NCBI GenBank assembly: GCA_046160105.1
Contig: JBJXGT010000004.1
Span: forward strand, 2,816 to 66,815
Length of the DNA: 64,000 bases
Direction: 5' to 3'
Origin: Gemmatimonadales bacterium
GTDB lineage: Bacteria; Gemmatimonadota; Gemmatimonadetes; Gemmatimonadales; GWC2-71-9
Under the pieces are notes generated by a model. The model ran no database searches and was not told where the DNA came from. It saw only the letters and a program-made list of their open reading frames with translations. Below, piece after piece: positions 25,955-35,213 of this stretch; the stretch's first letter is position 1; each line of letters begins with the position of its first letter. The translations under genes were made by a program, and so were the position numbers.

Positions 25955-26341
25955 ATGCCTGACTCATCTCCTTCTCGGTTGATCGACGATAGGATCGAGG
26001 AACTCGGCGACTGGCGGGGCAAGATGCTCGCCCAACTCCGCGCCTTGATCAAGCAAGCCGATCCCGAGGTGGTCGAGGAGTGGAAGTGGAACGTGCCGGT
26101 GTGGTCGCACGACGGACTGATCTGCACCGGCGAGGCCTACAAGAAGGCCGTGAAGCTGACCTTCGCGAAAGGCGCCTCCCTTAAGGACCCCGCGGGACTC
26201 TTCAACTCGAGCCTCGAGGGCAATACCCGGCGCGCCATCGACTTCGGCGAAGGCGCCAAGGTCGACAAGGTGGCGTTCAAGGCTCTGATTCGTGCCGCCG
26301 TCACCCTGAACGCATCCAAGGCCGGCCCCCGGCGGGCTTGA
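25955..26341 (+). CDS. DUF1801 (YdhG-like) domain protein
   Basis: RGKMLAQLRALIKQADPEVVEEWKWNVPVWSHDGLICTGEAYKKAVKLTFAKGASL is the typical DUF1801 core. AGGAG lies 8 nt upstream of the start. Confidence 0.8.
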   Translation: MPDSSPSRLIDDRIEELGDWRGKMLAQLRALIKQADPEVVEEWKWNVPVWSHDGLICTGEAYKKAVKLTFAKGASLKDPAGLFNSSLEGNTRRAIDFGEGAKVDKVAFKALIRAAVTLNASKAGPRRA

Positions 26342-26424
26342 TTCCCGGAAAACGCGGCGGGTTTCCAGTCGTCGGAGAGCTCGGTCGCCTCGACAGCGGT
26401 GGAGAGACGGCTTATCATCCGATC

Positions 26425-27384
26425 ATGCCAGCCATCCTTCGCGCCGTTCCGGGCGCCAGACGCCACTCGGTCCTCGGGCGTACCGCAACGCTCTCGTTAG
26501 GCATCCTCTTGGCCGCTGGCGTTCATGCCGGGGCGCAGACGCCGTCCACCACGTACCCGAAGGCCCCGCCGCTCCCGGACCTGACGGGCAAGGTGGTCCT
26601 GATCACCGGCTCCACCGACGGGCTCGGCCGGGACGTGGCCCGGCGGTTCGCCGCCGCCGGGGCGCACGTGCTGGTCACCGGGCGGAGCGCCGAGCGGGGG
26701 GACTCGTTGGTCGCCGAGATCGCGATGAGCGGGAGGGGGAGCGCCAGGTTCTACCGGGCCGACCTCGCCTCGCTCGACGAGACCCGGCGCCTCGCCGAGG
26801 CGGTGGCCCGCGACAACAAGCGCCTCGACGTCCTTGTCAACAACGCCGGGGTGGGCTTCATCTTCGACAGCACCCGGAAGTTCAGCGCCGAAGGCCATGA
26901 GATGCACTTCGCGGTGAACTACCTCGCCCATTACCTGCTGACCAAACGGCTGCTGCCGCTGATCGTAGCCAGCGCGCCGGCCCGGATCATCAACGTCTCG
27001 TCCGGGTCGCAGACCGCGATCGATTTCGACGACGTGATGATGGCGAAAGGCTACAACGGGGGGCGCGGCTACGCCCAGAGCAAGCTCGCCCAGGTGATGA
27101 TGACCATCGACATGGCCCCCGCGCTCGAGAGGCAGGGCATCCTGACCTATTCACTCCACCCGGCGACGACGATGGGGACCACGATGGCGCTCGCCCTCAA
27201 GGTCAAGCCGCGGTCGACCATCGCGGAGGGGGTCGAGTCGGTGGTCAACGCGATGACGACCACCGAGCCGAGCGGCACGTTCTTCAACCAGCTGAAGCCG
27301 TGGAAGGCTCAGGCGCAGGCCTACGACGCCGAGGCGCGGGAGAAGCTGCGAGTGCTCAGCGATCGACTGACCGGAGAGAAGTAG
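26425..27384 (+). CDS. SDR family oxidoreductase with N-terminal signal/anchor
   Basis: GKVVLITGSTDGLGRDVARRFAAAGAHVLVTGR, NNAG, and a YAQSK catalytic Tyr-Lys. Confidence 0.88.
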   Translation: MPAILRAVPGARRHSVLGRTATLSLGILLAAGVHAGAQTPSTTYPKAPPLPDLTGKVVLITGSTDGLGRDVARRFAAAGAHVLVTGRSAERGDSLVAEIAMSGRGSARFYRADLASLDETRRLAEAVARDNKRLDVLVNNAGVGFIFDSTRKFSAEGHEMHFAVNYLAHYLLTKRLLPLIVASAPARIINVSSGSQTAIDFDDVMMAKGYNGGRGYAQSKLAQVMMTIDMAPALERQGILTYSLHPATTMGTTMALALKVKPRSTIAEGVESVVNAMTTTEPSGTFFNQLKPWKAQAQAYDAEAREKLRVLSDRLTGEK

Positions 27385-27420
27385 GGCGGGCCACCTCGGT
27401 AACCCCGCCGCGAGCGGATC

Positions 27421-28014
27421 ATGCTGTTTCGGGCCGAGTTTCTCAAGGGCATCCAGGACGGGGCCGTTACCCTGGCGTTCCGGCGGTGGCGACGCCCGTC
27501 GGTGCGGGCCGGCGGCACCCTCCTGACACCGGTCGGCGAGCTCGCCATCGGGTCAATCGCCGTGGTCGACCCGAAGCGGATCTTCGAGTCCGAGGCCAGA
27601 CAGGCCGGTTACCCAGCGCTTCAGGTGCTCCTCGACGAGTTGGCCAGCCGTGCCGACGGCGACGTGTATCGGGTCGAGCTCGCCGGCCTCCGTCCGGACC
27701 CGCGGGTTGCTCTCCGCGAGGCGCCGCCGCCGACCGAGGCCGAGACTCGGGAGGTCTGCGATCGGTTGCGGCGCCTCGACGCCCGAGCGGCCGAGCCATG
27801 GACCCGACGAACCCTCGAGCTCATCGCGCGGCTCCCCGCCACGCGGGCCGGGAATCTCTGCCGGTTGGTCGGCCTCGAGATGCACCCCTTCAAGCTGAAC
27901 GTCCGCAAGCTCAAGGCTCTCGGGCTCACCGAGAGCCTTGAGGTCGGGTACCGGCTGTCGCCCCGCGGCGAGGCCGTGCTAGGTACGCTCGCCTCCAGGC
28001 GAGAAACCGGCTGA
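27421..28014 (+). CDS. hypothetical protein, ASCH/PUA-like N-domain + C-terminal wHTH-like region
   Basis: The N-terminus (FRAEFLKGIQDGAVTLAFRRWRRPSVRAGGTL) resembles ASCH-fold proteins. The C-terminus (RAGNLCRLVGLEMHPFKLNVRKLKALGLTESL) is wHTH-like. The assignment is tentative. Confidence 0.5.
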   Translation: MLFRAEFLKGIQDGAVTLAFRRWRRPSVRAGGTLLTPVGELAIGSIAVVDPKRIFESEARQAGYPALQVLLDELASRADGDVYRVELAGLRPDPRVALREAPPPTEAETREVCDRLRRLDARAAEPWTRRTLELIARLPATRAGNLCRLVGLEMHPFKLNVRKLKALGLTESLEVGYRLSPRGEAVLGTLASRRETG

Positions 28015-28018
28015 GGCG

Positions 28019-29161
28019 CTACCGCTCTCGGGAATACGCGGTGGTCCGGAGGATGATCGACGAGGCCCCGGGCGCCCCGGGTCCCACGGTCGAGAAATCC
28101 GTGCTCCAGGTACTCCCGTCAGCGAAGGTGAAGACGATCGTCCAGTCACGGATCCGATAGGTGCCCGCCCCTCGCTGAGGCGGCTGGGGACGGCTGACGA
28201 CTCCGAAAGCCACGTGCCGGAGCACACCATCGGTGGCGAAGGTGCCGTCCGGGCGGAACTCGATCCAATCGTAGTATGGCGACGCCGTTTCCCCCGGCGG
28301 CGATCGCATGCTCCAGCGGCCGGCGAGCTTCAGGTCGTCGACCCGGGGCATCGGCGCCCACCAGACCCCTCCGCCGTCCTTCAATCCGTCGTTTTCACGC
28401 TGGTACACCGCGGGGGCCGAGCCGCGGTGCCTTTCGATATGGACCTGATCGCCGACGGCCTTCCAACGGCCATAGTCTCCGTCCATCAGTCCGGGATCCA
28501 CCTTCAGCGGGAGCGGCGAGCCGCCATAGCCTTCGGGGTAATTGGTGGAGAAGTCGGCCACACCGTCGGCTCGAAGCCAGATCCGCTCGTACATCAGGGT
28601 GCCGGCGATGGGCGCACCGCCCCGGGTGTCGGGGTACTTCTTCTGGTCGAGTCGGCGGTAGGCCTCCACGATTCTGGGACGCTCTACCGGTTTCGGTGGG
28701 GACCTGAAGACGACCCGGCGGAGGACGGGATCGACGACGTTGTGATCGAGGCCGTTGATTCCGATGACCGCCTCGATGATCCCGTCGTGGGCTGCGGAAT
28801 AGAGCTCGATCGACTGGAGCCCCCCCGATGCGACCCGCCCGGCAATCGAGGTCCGGATGAACGGACCCGGCCCGTCGGGGTGGTGGCGGGTCACCGGGTC
28901 TTCGGTCCACGGCACCTGGGCAAGGACCGCCCCGAGCAGGGCTTTGTGGGATTCCCAAGGGGTGCCGATCTGCCGGCTGGGTGGCATGACGGCGAGGTAG
29001 TACGGTTGGACGCCGAGGACCTGGTCGGGGACCAGGGTGACCTTCCCCGATGGATCGTCGATGCGTTGCCACGACGAGGGGTATGGGATGACCAGCCCGT
29101 GGACCGCGGTCCCCCCCTGGATGGCGAGTATTGTCAGCAGCGTCGGGTATAGAAGTGACAT
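28019..29161 (-). CDS. hypothetical secreted protein
   Basis: 380 aa with a strong ribosome-binding site (GGAGGAGG 7 nt upstream) and a hydrophobic N-terminus (MSLLYPTLLTILAIQGG). No family was recognised. Confidence 0.65.
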   Translation of the reverse strand: MSLLYPTLLTILAIQGGTAVHGLVIPYPSSWQRIDDPSGKVTLVPDQVLGVQPYYLAVMPPSRQIGTPWESHKALLGAVLAQVPWTEDPVTRHHPDGPGPFIRTSIAGRVASGGLQSIELYSAAHDGIIEAVIGINGLDHNVVDPVLRRVVFRSPPKPVERPRIVEAYRRLDQKKYPDTRGGAPIAGTLMYERIWLRADGVADFSTNYPEGYGGSPLPLKVDPGLMDGDYGRWKAVGDQVHIERHRGSAPAVYQRENDGLKDGGGVWWAPMPRVDDLKLAGRWSMRSPPGETASPYYDWIEFRPDGTFATDGVLRHVAFGVVSRPQPPQRGAGTYRIRDWTIVFTFADGSTWSTDFSTVGPGAPGASSIILRTTAYSRER

Positions 29162-29264
29162 CGGGGATCCTCCTCCGGGGTTGGTTGGCGTCCAACGGCC
29201 GGTCGGTAGTTAGTTCCCCGGGATCAGATCCGGATCAGCCGCGAATCATCTCGGCGGCCTCAGG

Positions 29265-30686
29265 TCACTTCACCACTTTCATCGCGCTGATGATCGGTGC
29301 TACCGGCAGGGCGACGAGGTTGACCACTTTGCCGTCCTTGATGACCGACCGGATCTGCCGGTAGTTGCGGGCGCTCGCCAGGGGATCGGCGTCGAGGATG
29401 ACCAAGTCGGCGATCTTACCGGGCTCCAGGGTACCGATGTCCCGATCGAGTTTGTAGGCCCGGGCGATGTTGCTGGTGGCCGACTTCAGGATCTCCATCG
29501 GCGCCATCCCTGCCTCCTCGAGGCCCTGCATCGCGTTGAAGTGACCCTCGCCGAGCTTGACGCGGGAATCGATGGTGTCGATCGCCAAACTTGGCGATTC
29601 GGCGAGCAGCACCGGATTCTCGACCCCCGCGTCGGTCGAGACCATGAGCCGGACGCCGGCCTTGATCATGTTCCGGATGTTCTGGGCCGCGATCTTCATG
29701 TACGGCGTCAGCAGTCCGTTCGGCGAGTGCTTGATCATGGCGTCGAGGGACCGGCTGGTAATCGCCAGGACCGATACCGCGATCCCCCGGTCGGCCAGCT
29801 TCTTGAGGGTCTCCGGCGGAATCTGGTAGACCGGACCGGAGATGTCGCCGTGGGTGATCATGTCGACGCCGGCTTCGATCGCCATGTCGAGGCTTTCCGG
29901 CGACGTCGTGTGGGTCTGCACCGTCATCCCCGCCCGGTGCCCTTCCTCGACGATGACCCGTTGGGCTCGCTCGGAGAACGAGATCAGGTTCATGTCGACG
30001 TGGCCGCTGGCGCCGTATTTGAGAAAGTCGACGCCTAGGCCGGTGTAGGTCCGGATCGCGGCGCGGAGCGAGTCGGGGGGCATCCAGAGCAGGCCGCGGC
30101 CGGTGCCCTCCTCCCAGGTGTCGTTCGTCCGCTTGGCGAACGCCTTGCTCACGTGAGCGGCGGAGGCGCCCCGGAAGTCGGGACCGAGCGGGCCGCTGAA
30201 GCCGATGATGTTGCCCGCCAGATAGATCCGGCTCCCCGGCACCTGGCCCGCGTTGATCATGTCCCGGGCCTTGATCAGGGCCGCGCGGGGGCCCCAGGTG
30301 TCGAACACCGTGGTCTGTCCGGTCTTGAGAGCGATCTGGGCACCCTCGAGAACGATCTCGTGGTAGCGGTCCTCGTACTTGATCAGGGTCTCGAGGTCGC
30401 CGTTCAGGTAGAGATGGAGATTGCCGTCCATCAGACCGGGGATCACGAACTTCCCCCGGCCATCGATCCGGGTCGCCGCGGCGGGCACGGTCACGTCTCG
30501 AGCCGCGCCGACCGCCTTGATCCGGCCGTTCTCGATCAGCACGACCGCGTCGGGGATCGGGGCGCGGCCGGTGCCGTCGATGACCGTGGCGCCGGTGACG
30601 GCCAAGGATTGGGACGAGGCCGCGGTGGCGACCGAGACGAACAGGCCGAGAAAGGCGACCGCGGAAGGTGCCGTGGGGACCCGCAT
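29265..30686 (-). CDS. secreted amidohydrolase family metallo-hydrolase
   Basis: Signal peptide, then ATVIDGTGRAPIPDAVVLIENGRIKAVG...IPGLMDGNLHLY, later HT..., and a C-terminal ADLVILDADPL, all typical of the amidohydrolase superfamily. Confidence 0.85.
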   Translation of the reverse strand: MRVPTAPSAVAFLGLFVSVATAASSQSLAVTGATVIDGTGRAPIPDAVVLIENGRIKAVGAARDVTVPAAATRIDGRGKFVIPGLMDGNLHLYLNGDLETLIKYEDRYHEIVLEGAQIALKTGQTTVFDTWGPRAALIKARDMINAGQVPGSRIYLAGNIIGFSGPLGPDFRGASAAHVSKAFAKRTNDTWEEGTGRGLLWMPPDSLRAAIRTYTGLGVDFLKYGASGHVDMNLISFSERAQRVIVEEGHRAGMTVQTHTTSPESLDMAIEAGVDMITHGDISGPVYQIPPETLKKLADRGIAVSVLAITSRSLDAMIKHSPNGLLTPYMKIAAQNIRNMIKAGVRLMVSTDAGVENPVLLAESPSLAIDTIDSRVKLGEGHFNAMQGLEEAGMAPMEILKSATSNIARAYKLDRDIGTLEPGKIADLVILDADPLASARNYRQIRSVIKDGKVVNLVALPVAPIISAMKVVK

Positions 30687-30724
30687 GGTGGTGGCTCCGG
30701 ATGGGGCGAGGGTTCGCGGGTGGG

Positions 30725-30753
30725 AACGTACGAGTGGTGGGTCAGGTCGTCAA
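30725..30753 (-). promoter_or_regulatory. candidate sigma-70-type promoter for the amidohydrolase gene (TTGACG-17-TACGTT)
   Basis: On the minus strand, TTGACG lies at 30753-30748, followed by a 17-nt spacer and TACGTT at 30730-25, about 38 nt before the ATG at 30686. GGAG lies 9 nt upstream of that ATG. Confidence 0.3.
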
Positions 30754-30870
30754 CGCGCGGTCGCGGGCGCCCTAGAAGTTCAACGCCTCGGTCGAGGTGC
30801 GGGGTGCGCCGACGGCCCGGCGGCCGGCCTGGAGCCCAGCTCGAGCATCGCCGGGATCTGGTCGGGGCAG

Positions 30871-30896
30871 GAGTTTGTCAACGTGATGACAAACTC
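30871..30896. promoter_or_regulatory. perfect 10-6-10 palindrome GAGTTTGTCA-ACGTGA-TGACAAACTC
   Basis: Read directly from the sequence. It is AT-richer than its surroundings, and its core TGTCA-N6-TGACA has CRP/FNR-family half-site geometry. Confidence 0.4.
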
Positions 30897-30925
30897 GGCT
30901 TTGAGACCTCCGCGAGGTGCCCGAT

Positions 30926-31010
30926 CGACGGTGGCGGGTCGACTAGTAACGGGGCGACTAGTGACGGGGCGGCAAGTGACGGGTCGGCAAGTGACGGGTC
31001 GGCGCCGTCG
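30926..31010. repeat. tandem 15-bp direct repeats (4 clear units plus degenerate flanking units)
   Basis: The units are CGACTAGTAACGGGG (30940-54), CGACTAGTGACGGGG (30955-69), CGGCAAGTGACGGGT (30970-84) and CGGCAAGTGACGGGT (30985-99). They are flanked by degenerate CGACGGTGGCGGGT and CGGCGCCGTCG. Confidence 0.85.
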
Positions 31011-31127
31011 CCGACGCGCCTCGTGCCTTCTAAGGCGGTCTCCGGAGCGAACTCAGGCCCCCCGGAGCGAGGTGCCCCATTAGGCGTCGGGCCTTGGGAA
31101 CTTCTCCCCGGCCCGCGGAGAAGCCCG

Positions 31128-32135
31128 CTAGGCCGGCGGCTTCCTCGCCATCACCACTCGGGTGATGCCCGGAAGCAGCTCGAACTCCTCGCTGTCGCTG
31201 AAGCCGGCAGCGCGGGCGGTCTCGATCACCATCCCCGGCGAGAGTTGCGGCGCGTCCGGATCCGAGACGACGTTGAACAGCAGCCACAGCGCGGCGGACA
31301 CCGGGCCCGCATGGTCGTCGGTCACCATGAAGTCGTGGACGATCAGCGTGCCGCCGGGCGCCAGGGCGGCATGGGCGCGGCGCAGCAGCTTCGCCAGGTC
31401 GACTTCGGCCACGGCGCTGAGCAGATACGACATGATGACCGCGTCTTGGTTGGCGGGCCAATCCGTGAGCCGCGCGTCGCCGCGGAGGAGCGCGATCCGG
31501 TCGGTCAGGCCCGCCTCGGCGAGGTACCCGGCCGCGACGTCGCACACTTTGGGAAAGTCGAGAATGGTGGCGGCGAGCGATGGGTTGCGGCGGCAGAGGG
31601 TGATGGAAAACGCCCCGGTGCCGCCGGCCACGTCGAGCAGGCGCCGCCAGGGGACGTCGCCAAGTCGGCGCGAGAGCAGGTGCGCCGGCCCCATCGAGCC
31701 GACGTGTTGGGCGACGCTGAAGTGCCGGGCTTCTTCAGGATCAACGGTGAGGGCGTAGAAGGGAGGGCCAGCGTGGCCGTGCATGGCGGGCAGCAGGCCG
31801 GTCAGGTGCGGATAGACCTGGCGGTCGATCTGAAAGCGGAAGTAGTCCCCGTAGTAGTTGGGCGACGACTTGGAGAGAAAGCTCGCCGCGGCGGGGGAGT
31901 TGACGAACCGTCGATCCGGGCCGACGCCGACGAGACCGAGCCCGCGCAGGGCGGTCGTCAGGGTCTGGAGGCGCTTGGCCGGGATGCCCACGGCCGAGGC
32001 CAGGTCCTCGAGAGTCGAGGGCTGTCGCGCCAGGATGGTGAACAGGTCGAGGGCGAGGGCGGCAAAGAGCGCCTTGGAGGCCATGAATCCATAGCCGATC
32101 CGGGACAGGTCACGGACGTCGTTCAGCAACTCCAT
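31128..32135 (-). CDS. class I SAM-dependent O-methyltransferase (family 2, with N-terminal dimerisation wHTH)
   Basis: LLDVAGGTGAFSITLCRRNPSLAATILDFPKV SAM-binding motif, and a C-terminus LIVHDFMV... Confidence 0.85.
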   Translation of the reverse strand: MELLNDVRDLSRIGYGFMASKALFAALALDLFTILARQPSTLEDLASAVGIPAKRLQTLTTALRGLGLVGVGPDRRFVNSPAAASFLSKSSPNYYGDYFRFQIDRQVYPHLTGLLPAMHGHAGPPFYALTVDPEEARHFSVAQHVGSMGPAHLLSRRLGDVPWRRLLDVAGGTGAFSITLCRRNPSLAATILDFPKVCDVAAGYLAEAGLTDRIALLRGDARLTDWPANQDAVIMSYLLSAVAEVDLAKLLRRAHAALAPGGTLIVHDFMVTDDHAGPVSAALWLLFNVVSDPDAPQLSPGMVIETARAAGFSDSEEFELLPGITRVVMARKPPA

Positions 32136-32248
32136 CGGGCGATCACCTAACGCTTCTCCAACGGGGAAGATGGGCGGATTCTGCTCCTCCCAAGGTCACC
32201 CAACCACGCGCTTTCGCAAGGGGCAGCGACGCCCCGCGGGGACGCGGC

Positions 32249-33703
32249 TCAGTCCCTGAGGAGCTTCAGGATGCGGCGCGCCATCGGCCGGTTGGAGAAG
32301 CCGAAGCCGCCGGTGCCCGGATCCCGAAGCCGATCCGCCAACCGTTTCGCGGCCACTTCGCGCCTGGCCCCAGCCCCCACCAGCAGGCGGGCGACTTCGA
32401 GATGCCCTCGGTGGAACGCACTCACCGCGATCAGTCGCTCGAGCGGCGTGCCCCCGCCCTGCGGGTCGAGATCCACGGCCGCGCCGCTCGCGAGCAGCAG
32501 CGCAACCGTCTCCGGACAGCCGTTCCGCGCCGCGCCGGTGATCGCGGGGCTGCCGCCGTTGGCCACGGCGTCGGGCCGGGCGCCGCGCTCGAGGAGGCGG
32601 CGGACCAGCCGATCGGCGCACTCGGGTGCCGCGAACCCGAGCGCCGTTTGCCCCTCATGGTCGCGGGCCTGCATGCTGCTCGCCGGGGGCGGGGCCGGTT
32701 GTACCACCGCGTCGACCGCGGCGCCGTGCGCCAGCAGAGTGTCGACGACGTCGAGGTAGCTCGGCTCGAACGCCGGCACGAACCGCTCGAGCTCCAGCTG
32801 GGCCCAGCCGGCATAGTGCATCGGCAGAAACCCGAACGAGTCCGGCGCCGCGACGTCCCGGCCCTGAGCCAGGAGCCAGCCGACCAGCTCGGGCCGGCCT
32901 TCGCGGACCGCGCGGTGGAGGCCGCCTTCGTCCAGGTAGCGGGCCCGGTCGGCCTCGGGACGGGGGATTGGGGGCGGGTCGAGCCCGGCCCCGTTGGCCG
33001 GCGGGGGCTCGAGCCCGGCTTCGATCTCCGCCCCTCGGCGTTCGCGCTCGGACTGGCCCGGTCCGAACCGGCGAGGTCCGAAACGGGGAATGGGCCAGCA
33101 GCCGAGGCCGAGTTCGATGGGGCCGAACCCGGTCTGGAGGAAGTAGAGCTTGAGCGGCCGGCACGCGGCGCGGATGGTGTGCTCCACGATGATCGGACCG
33201 CGATCGCGGCGGACCTGATACGCCTCGTTCTCGAAATCGTCCCCGGGAAAAGGGGCCAATCGGACCGTGGTATCGTTGGGGTCGTTCAGATACTGCATTT
33301 TGATCTGGGTGCCTAACCGGGGCGGCTGCCCAGACTCCGGATAACTCCCGGGCCCGACCACGAAGGTGAGGGGGCCCTCGCCCCAGACCTCACCGCTCGC
33401 GTAGCGACCGACGAAATCGACCCGGACCCGGTCGCCGAAGGCGGCGAGCCGCCCGGAGCCAGGCCGTTCCTCGAGGAGCCGCACCTCCCCACCGGGCACG
33501 GGGGCGCTGCTCGGACCGTCACCGTGAACCGATTGGAGACACCCCCCGAGCAGCGGGACGAGGGCCACGACGCCCGACGCAGCCCGCCAGAGTCGGCGAC
33601 ACCTCGCCCCGGACGTCGACCGCCCTGCCGATGACCGCGGGCCGCAAACGCGCTGCGGGTAAGGCGTTGGGGCACCGCCGGTCGGCGTCATCCGGGTAGT
33701 CAT
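32249..33703 (-). CDS. lipoprotein with FKBP-like N-domain, low-complexity linker and C-terminal ankyrin repeats
   Basis: Lipobox LLGGC. GDRVRVDFVGRYASGEVWGEGPLTFVVG resembles an FKBP-type fold. The linker contains the repeat RFGPRRFGPG. The ankyrin units are LHRAVREGRPELVGWLLAQGRDV, GQTALGFAA...VRRLLERGARPD and SPAITGAARNGCPETVALLLASGAAVD. The start is ATG 33703 or ATG 33691. Confidence 0.7.
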   Translation of the reverse strand: MTTRMTPTGGAPTPYPQRVCGPRSSAGRSTSGARCRRLWRAASGVVALVPLLGGCLQSVHGDGPSSAPVPGGEVRLLEERPGSGRLAAFGDRVRVDFVGRYASGEVWGEGPLTFVVGPGSYPESGQPPRLGTQIKMQYLNDPNDTTVRLAPFPGDDFENEAYQVRRDRGPIIVEHTIRAACRPLKLYFLQTGFGPIELGLGCWPIPRFGPRRFGPGQSERERRGAEIEAGLEPPPANGAGLDPPPIPRPEADRARYLDEGGLHRAVREGRPELVGWLLAQGRDVAAPDSFGFLPMHYAGWAQLELERFVPAFEPSYLDVVDTLLAHGAAVDAVVQPAPPPASSMQARDHEGQTALGFAAPECADRLVRRLLERGARPDAVANGGSPAITGAARNGCPETVALLLASGAAVDLDPQGGGTPLERLIAVSAFHRGHLEVARLLVGAGARREVAAKRLADRLRDPGTGGFGFSNRPMARRILKLLRD

Positions 33704-33774
33704 CCGAGGTCGAGACACCTGCGAGTCCGTAGCAAAGTGCGAGCCGAACGATGATTCTTGGGGTAGTTTCCAGC

Positions 33775-35193
33775 ATGCCAACCATTGTTCGTCGGTCCGC
33801 CCGGCTGGCGGGGATCGGTTTGGCCCTGAGCGGTTCGGTCGCTCGGGCGCAGCCCGGTTTCCCCCCCGACGACCCCGACAGCTGGCGGGTGGCCGGCACC
33901 GCCAAGGTGCTCTGCTCGGCGGTGTTCGTCTCGGGTCGCGACCCGGATGAGGCGCGTCGCCACGTCGCCGAGTACTTCCTCGGGCCCAAGTTGGACTCGA
34001 TCACCGGCATGGAGGTGGACCACCGCCGCCAGCGGGTCCGCCTAACAGTGGCCGGCCGGATCACCCGGGAAGCCAAGCGGTACGGCGACCAGGGGTGCGT
34101 GATCCATCAGCCCGGCCGTGACACGGTCTTTTTCCGGCCGGTGCCGGTCCGCACCTCGCTTCCCGATGCCGTCTCCCAGCCCTGGCCGATGGGCGACCGC
34201 CTGCCAACGGATCCCCCGCCGGCCGACGTCGACGGCAACAAGCTCCGCCAGGCGATGGACGCGGCGTTCGCGACACCCGCGGGGCTGACCGCGGCGGTGG
34301 TCATCGTCCACCGAGGGCGAATCATCGCCGAGCGGTACGCCAATGGGGCTCATCAAGACATGCAGCTCGAGAGCTGGTCGATGGGCAAGAGCATCACCGG
34401 CACCCTGATCGGCGCCCTGGTCCGGCAGGGCGCGTTCCGGCTCGAGGACCCTGCCCCGGTGCCCGAGTGGCGGAAGGATCCGGCCGATCCGCGGGCCAAG
34501 ATTCGGGTCATGGACCTGATGCGAATGTCGAGCGGCCTTCGGTTCAGTCGAGGGAGCCCGGAGGACCATCCGGGATATCACGATCATGACTTGATCTATT
34601 CAGGCGCCATCGACGCGTTCGAGTTCTCGGTCACTCGACCGCTCCAGTTCGCCCCGAACACGGTGGGTCGGTACCGCAACGCCGACCCGTTGACGCTCGG
34701 GCTCCTGATCCGGGACGCGGTACGCCAGCGGGGCGAGGAGTACTTGACCTGGCCGCAGCGGGCGTTGTTCGACAAGATCGGGATCCGCCGGCAGGTCCTC
34801 GAGACCGACCCGTACGGCAACTTCCTGCTCACGGGCTACGACTACGGCACGGCGCGCAATTGGGCCCGACTCGGCATGCTCTATCTCAACGATGGAAAGT
34901 GGATGGGCCAGCAGATTCTCCCCGAGGGGTTCGTCTCATTCGTCGCAACCCCCGCCCCGGCCTGGGCCGATTCCAGCTATGGCGGAATGGTGTGGGTCAA
35001 CGCCCGGGGTCAGTGGCCGCTGCCGCGGGATGCCTTCGCGTTTCGGGGTGCCGGCGGTCAGGAGACCTATGTGGTTCCATCGCGTGAGCTGGTGATGGTC
35101 CGGATGGGCCACTTCCCCGGCTCGTCGGTGGGGATCGACGATCTCCGGCGGGCGCAGACGATCCTGATGGAGGCGATCCCGGAGCGACGGTAG
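33775..35193 (+). CDS. serine hydrolase, beta-lactamase (class C/PBP4-like) family
   Basis: Signal peptide and an S-x-x-K motif (SMGKS) in the context SWSMGKSITGTLIGALV. Confidence 0.8.
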   Translation: MPTIVRRSARLAGIGLALSGSVARAQPGFPPDDPDSWRVAGTAKVLCSAVFVSGRDPDEARRHVAEYFLGPKLDSITGMEVDHRRQRVRLTVAGRITREAKRYGDQGCVIHQPGRDTVFFRPVPVRTSLPDAVSQPWPMGDRLPTDPPPADVDGNKLRQAMDAAFATPAGLTAAVVIVHRGRIIAERYANGAHQDMQLESWSMGKSITGTLIGALVRQGAFRLEDPAPVPEWRKDPADPRAKIRVMDLMRMSSGLRFSRGSPEDHPGYHDHDLIYSGAIDAFEFSVTRPLQFAPNTVGRYRNADPLTLGLLIRDAVRQRGEEYLTWPQRALFDKIGIRRQVLETDPYGNFLLTGYDYGTARNWARLGMLYLNDGKWMGQQILPEGFVSFVATPAPAWADSSYGGMVWVNARGQWPLPRDAFAFRGAGGQETYVVPSRELVMVRMGHFPGSSVGIDDLRRAQTILMEAIPERR

Positions 35194-35213
35194 GCCGGGT
35201 TGGCCACCGGCCT
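35192..35213. terminator. short GC hairpin between convergent stops (possible bidirectional terminator)
   Basis: AGGCCGG (35192-98) pairs with CCGGCCT (35207-13) around an 8-nt loop, overlapping both stop codons. There is no U-tract. Confidence 0.3.

Noticed and set aside
30926-31010. Possible CRISPR array (also considered for the array at 51509..51627).
   Set aside because: The repeats are contiguous (7 or 15 bp) with no spacers, and there are no cas genes in the window.
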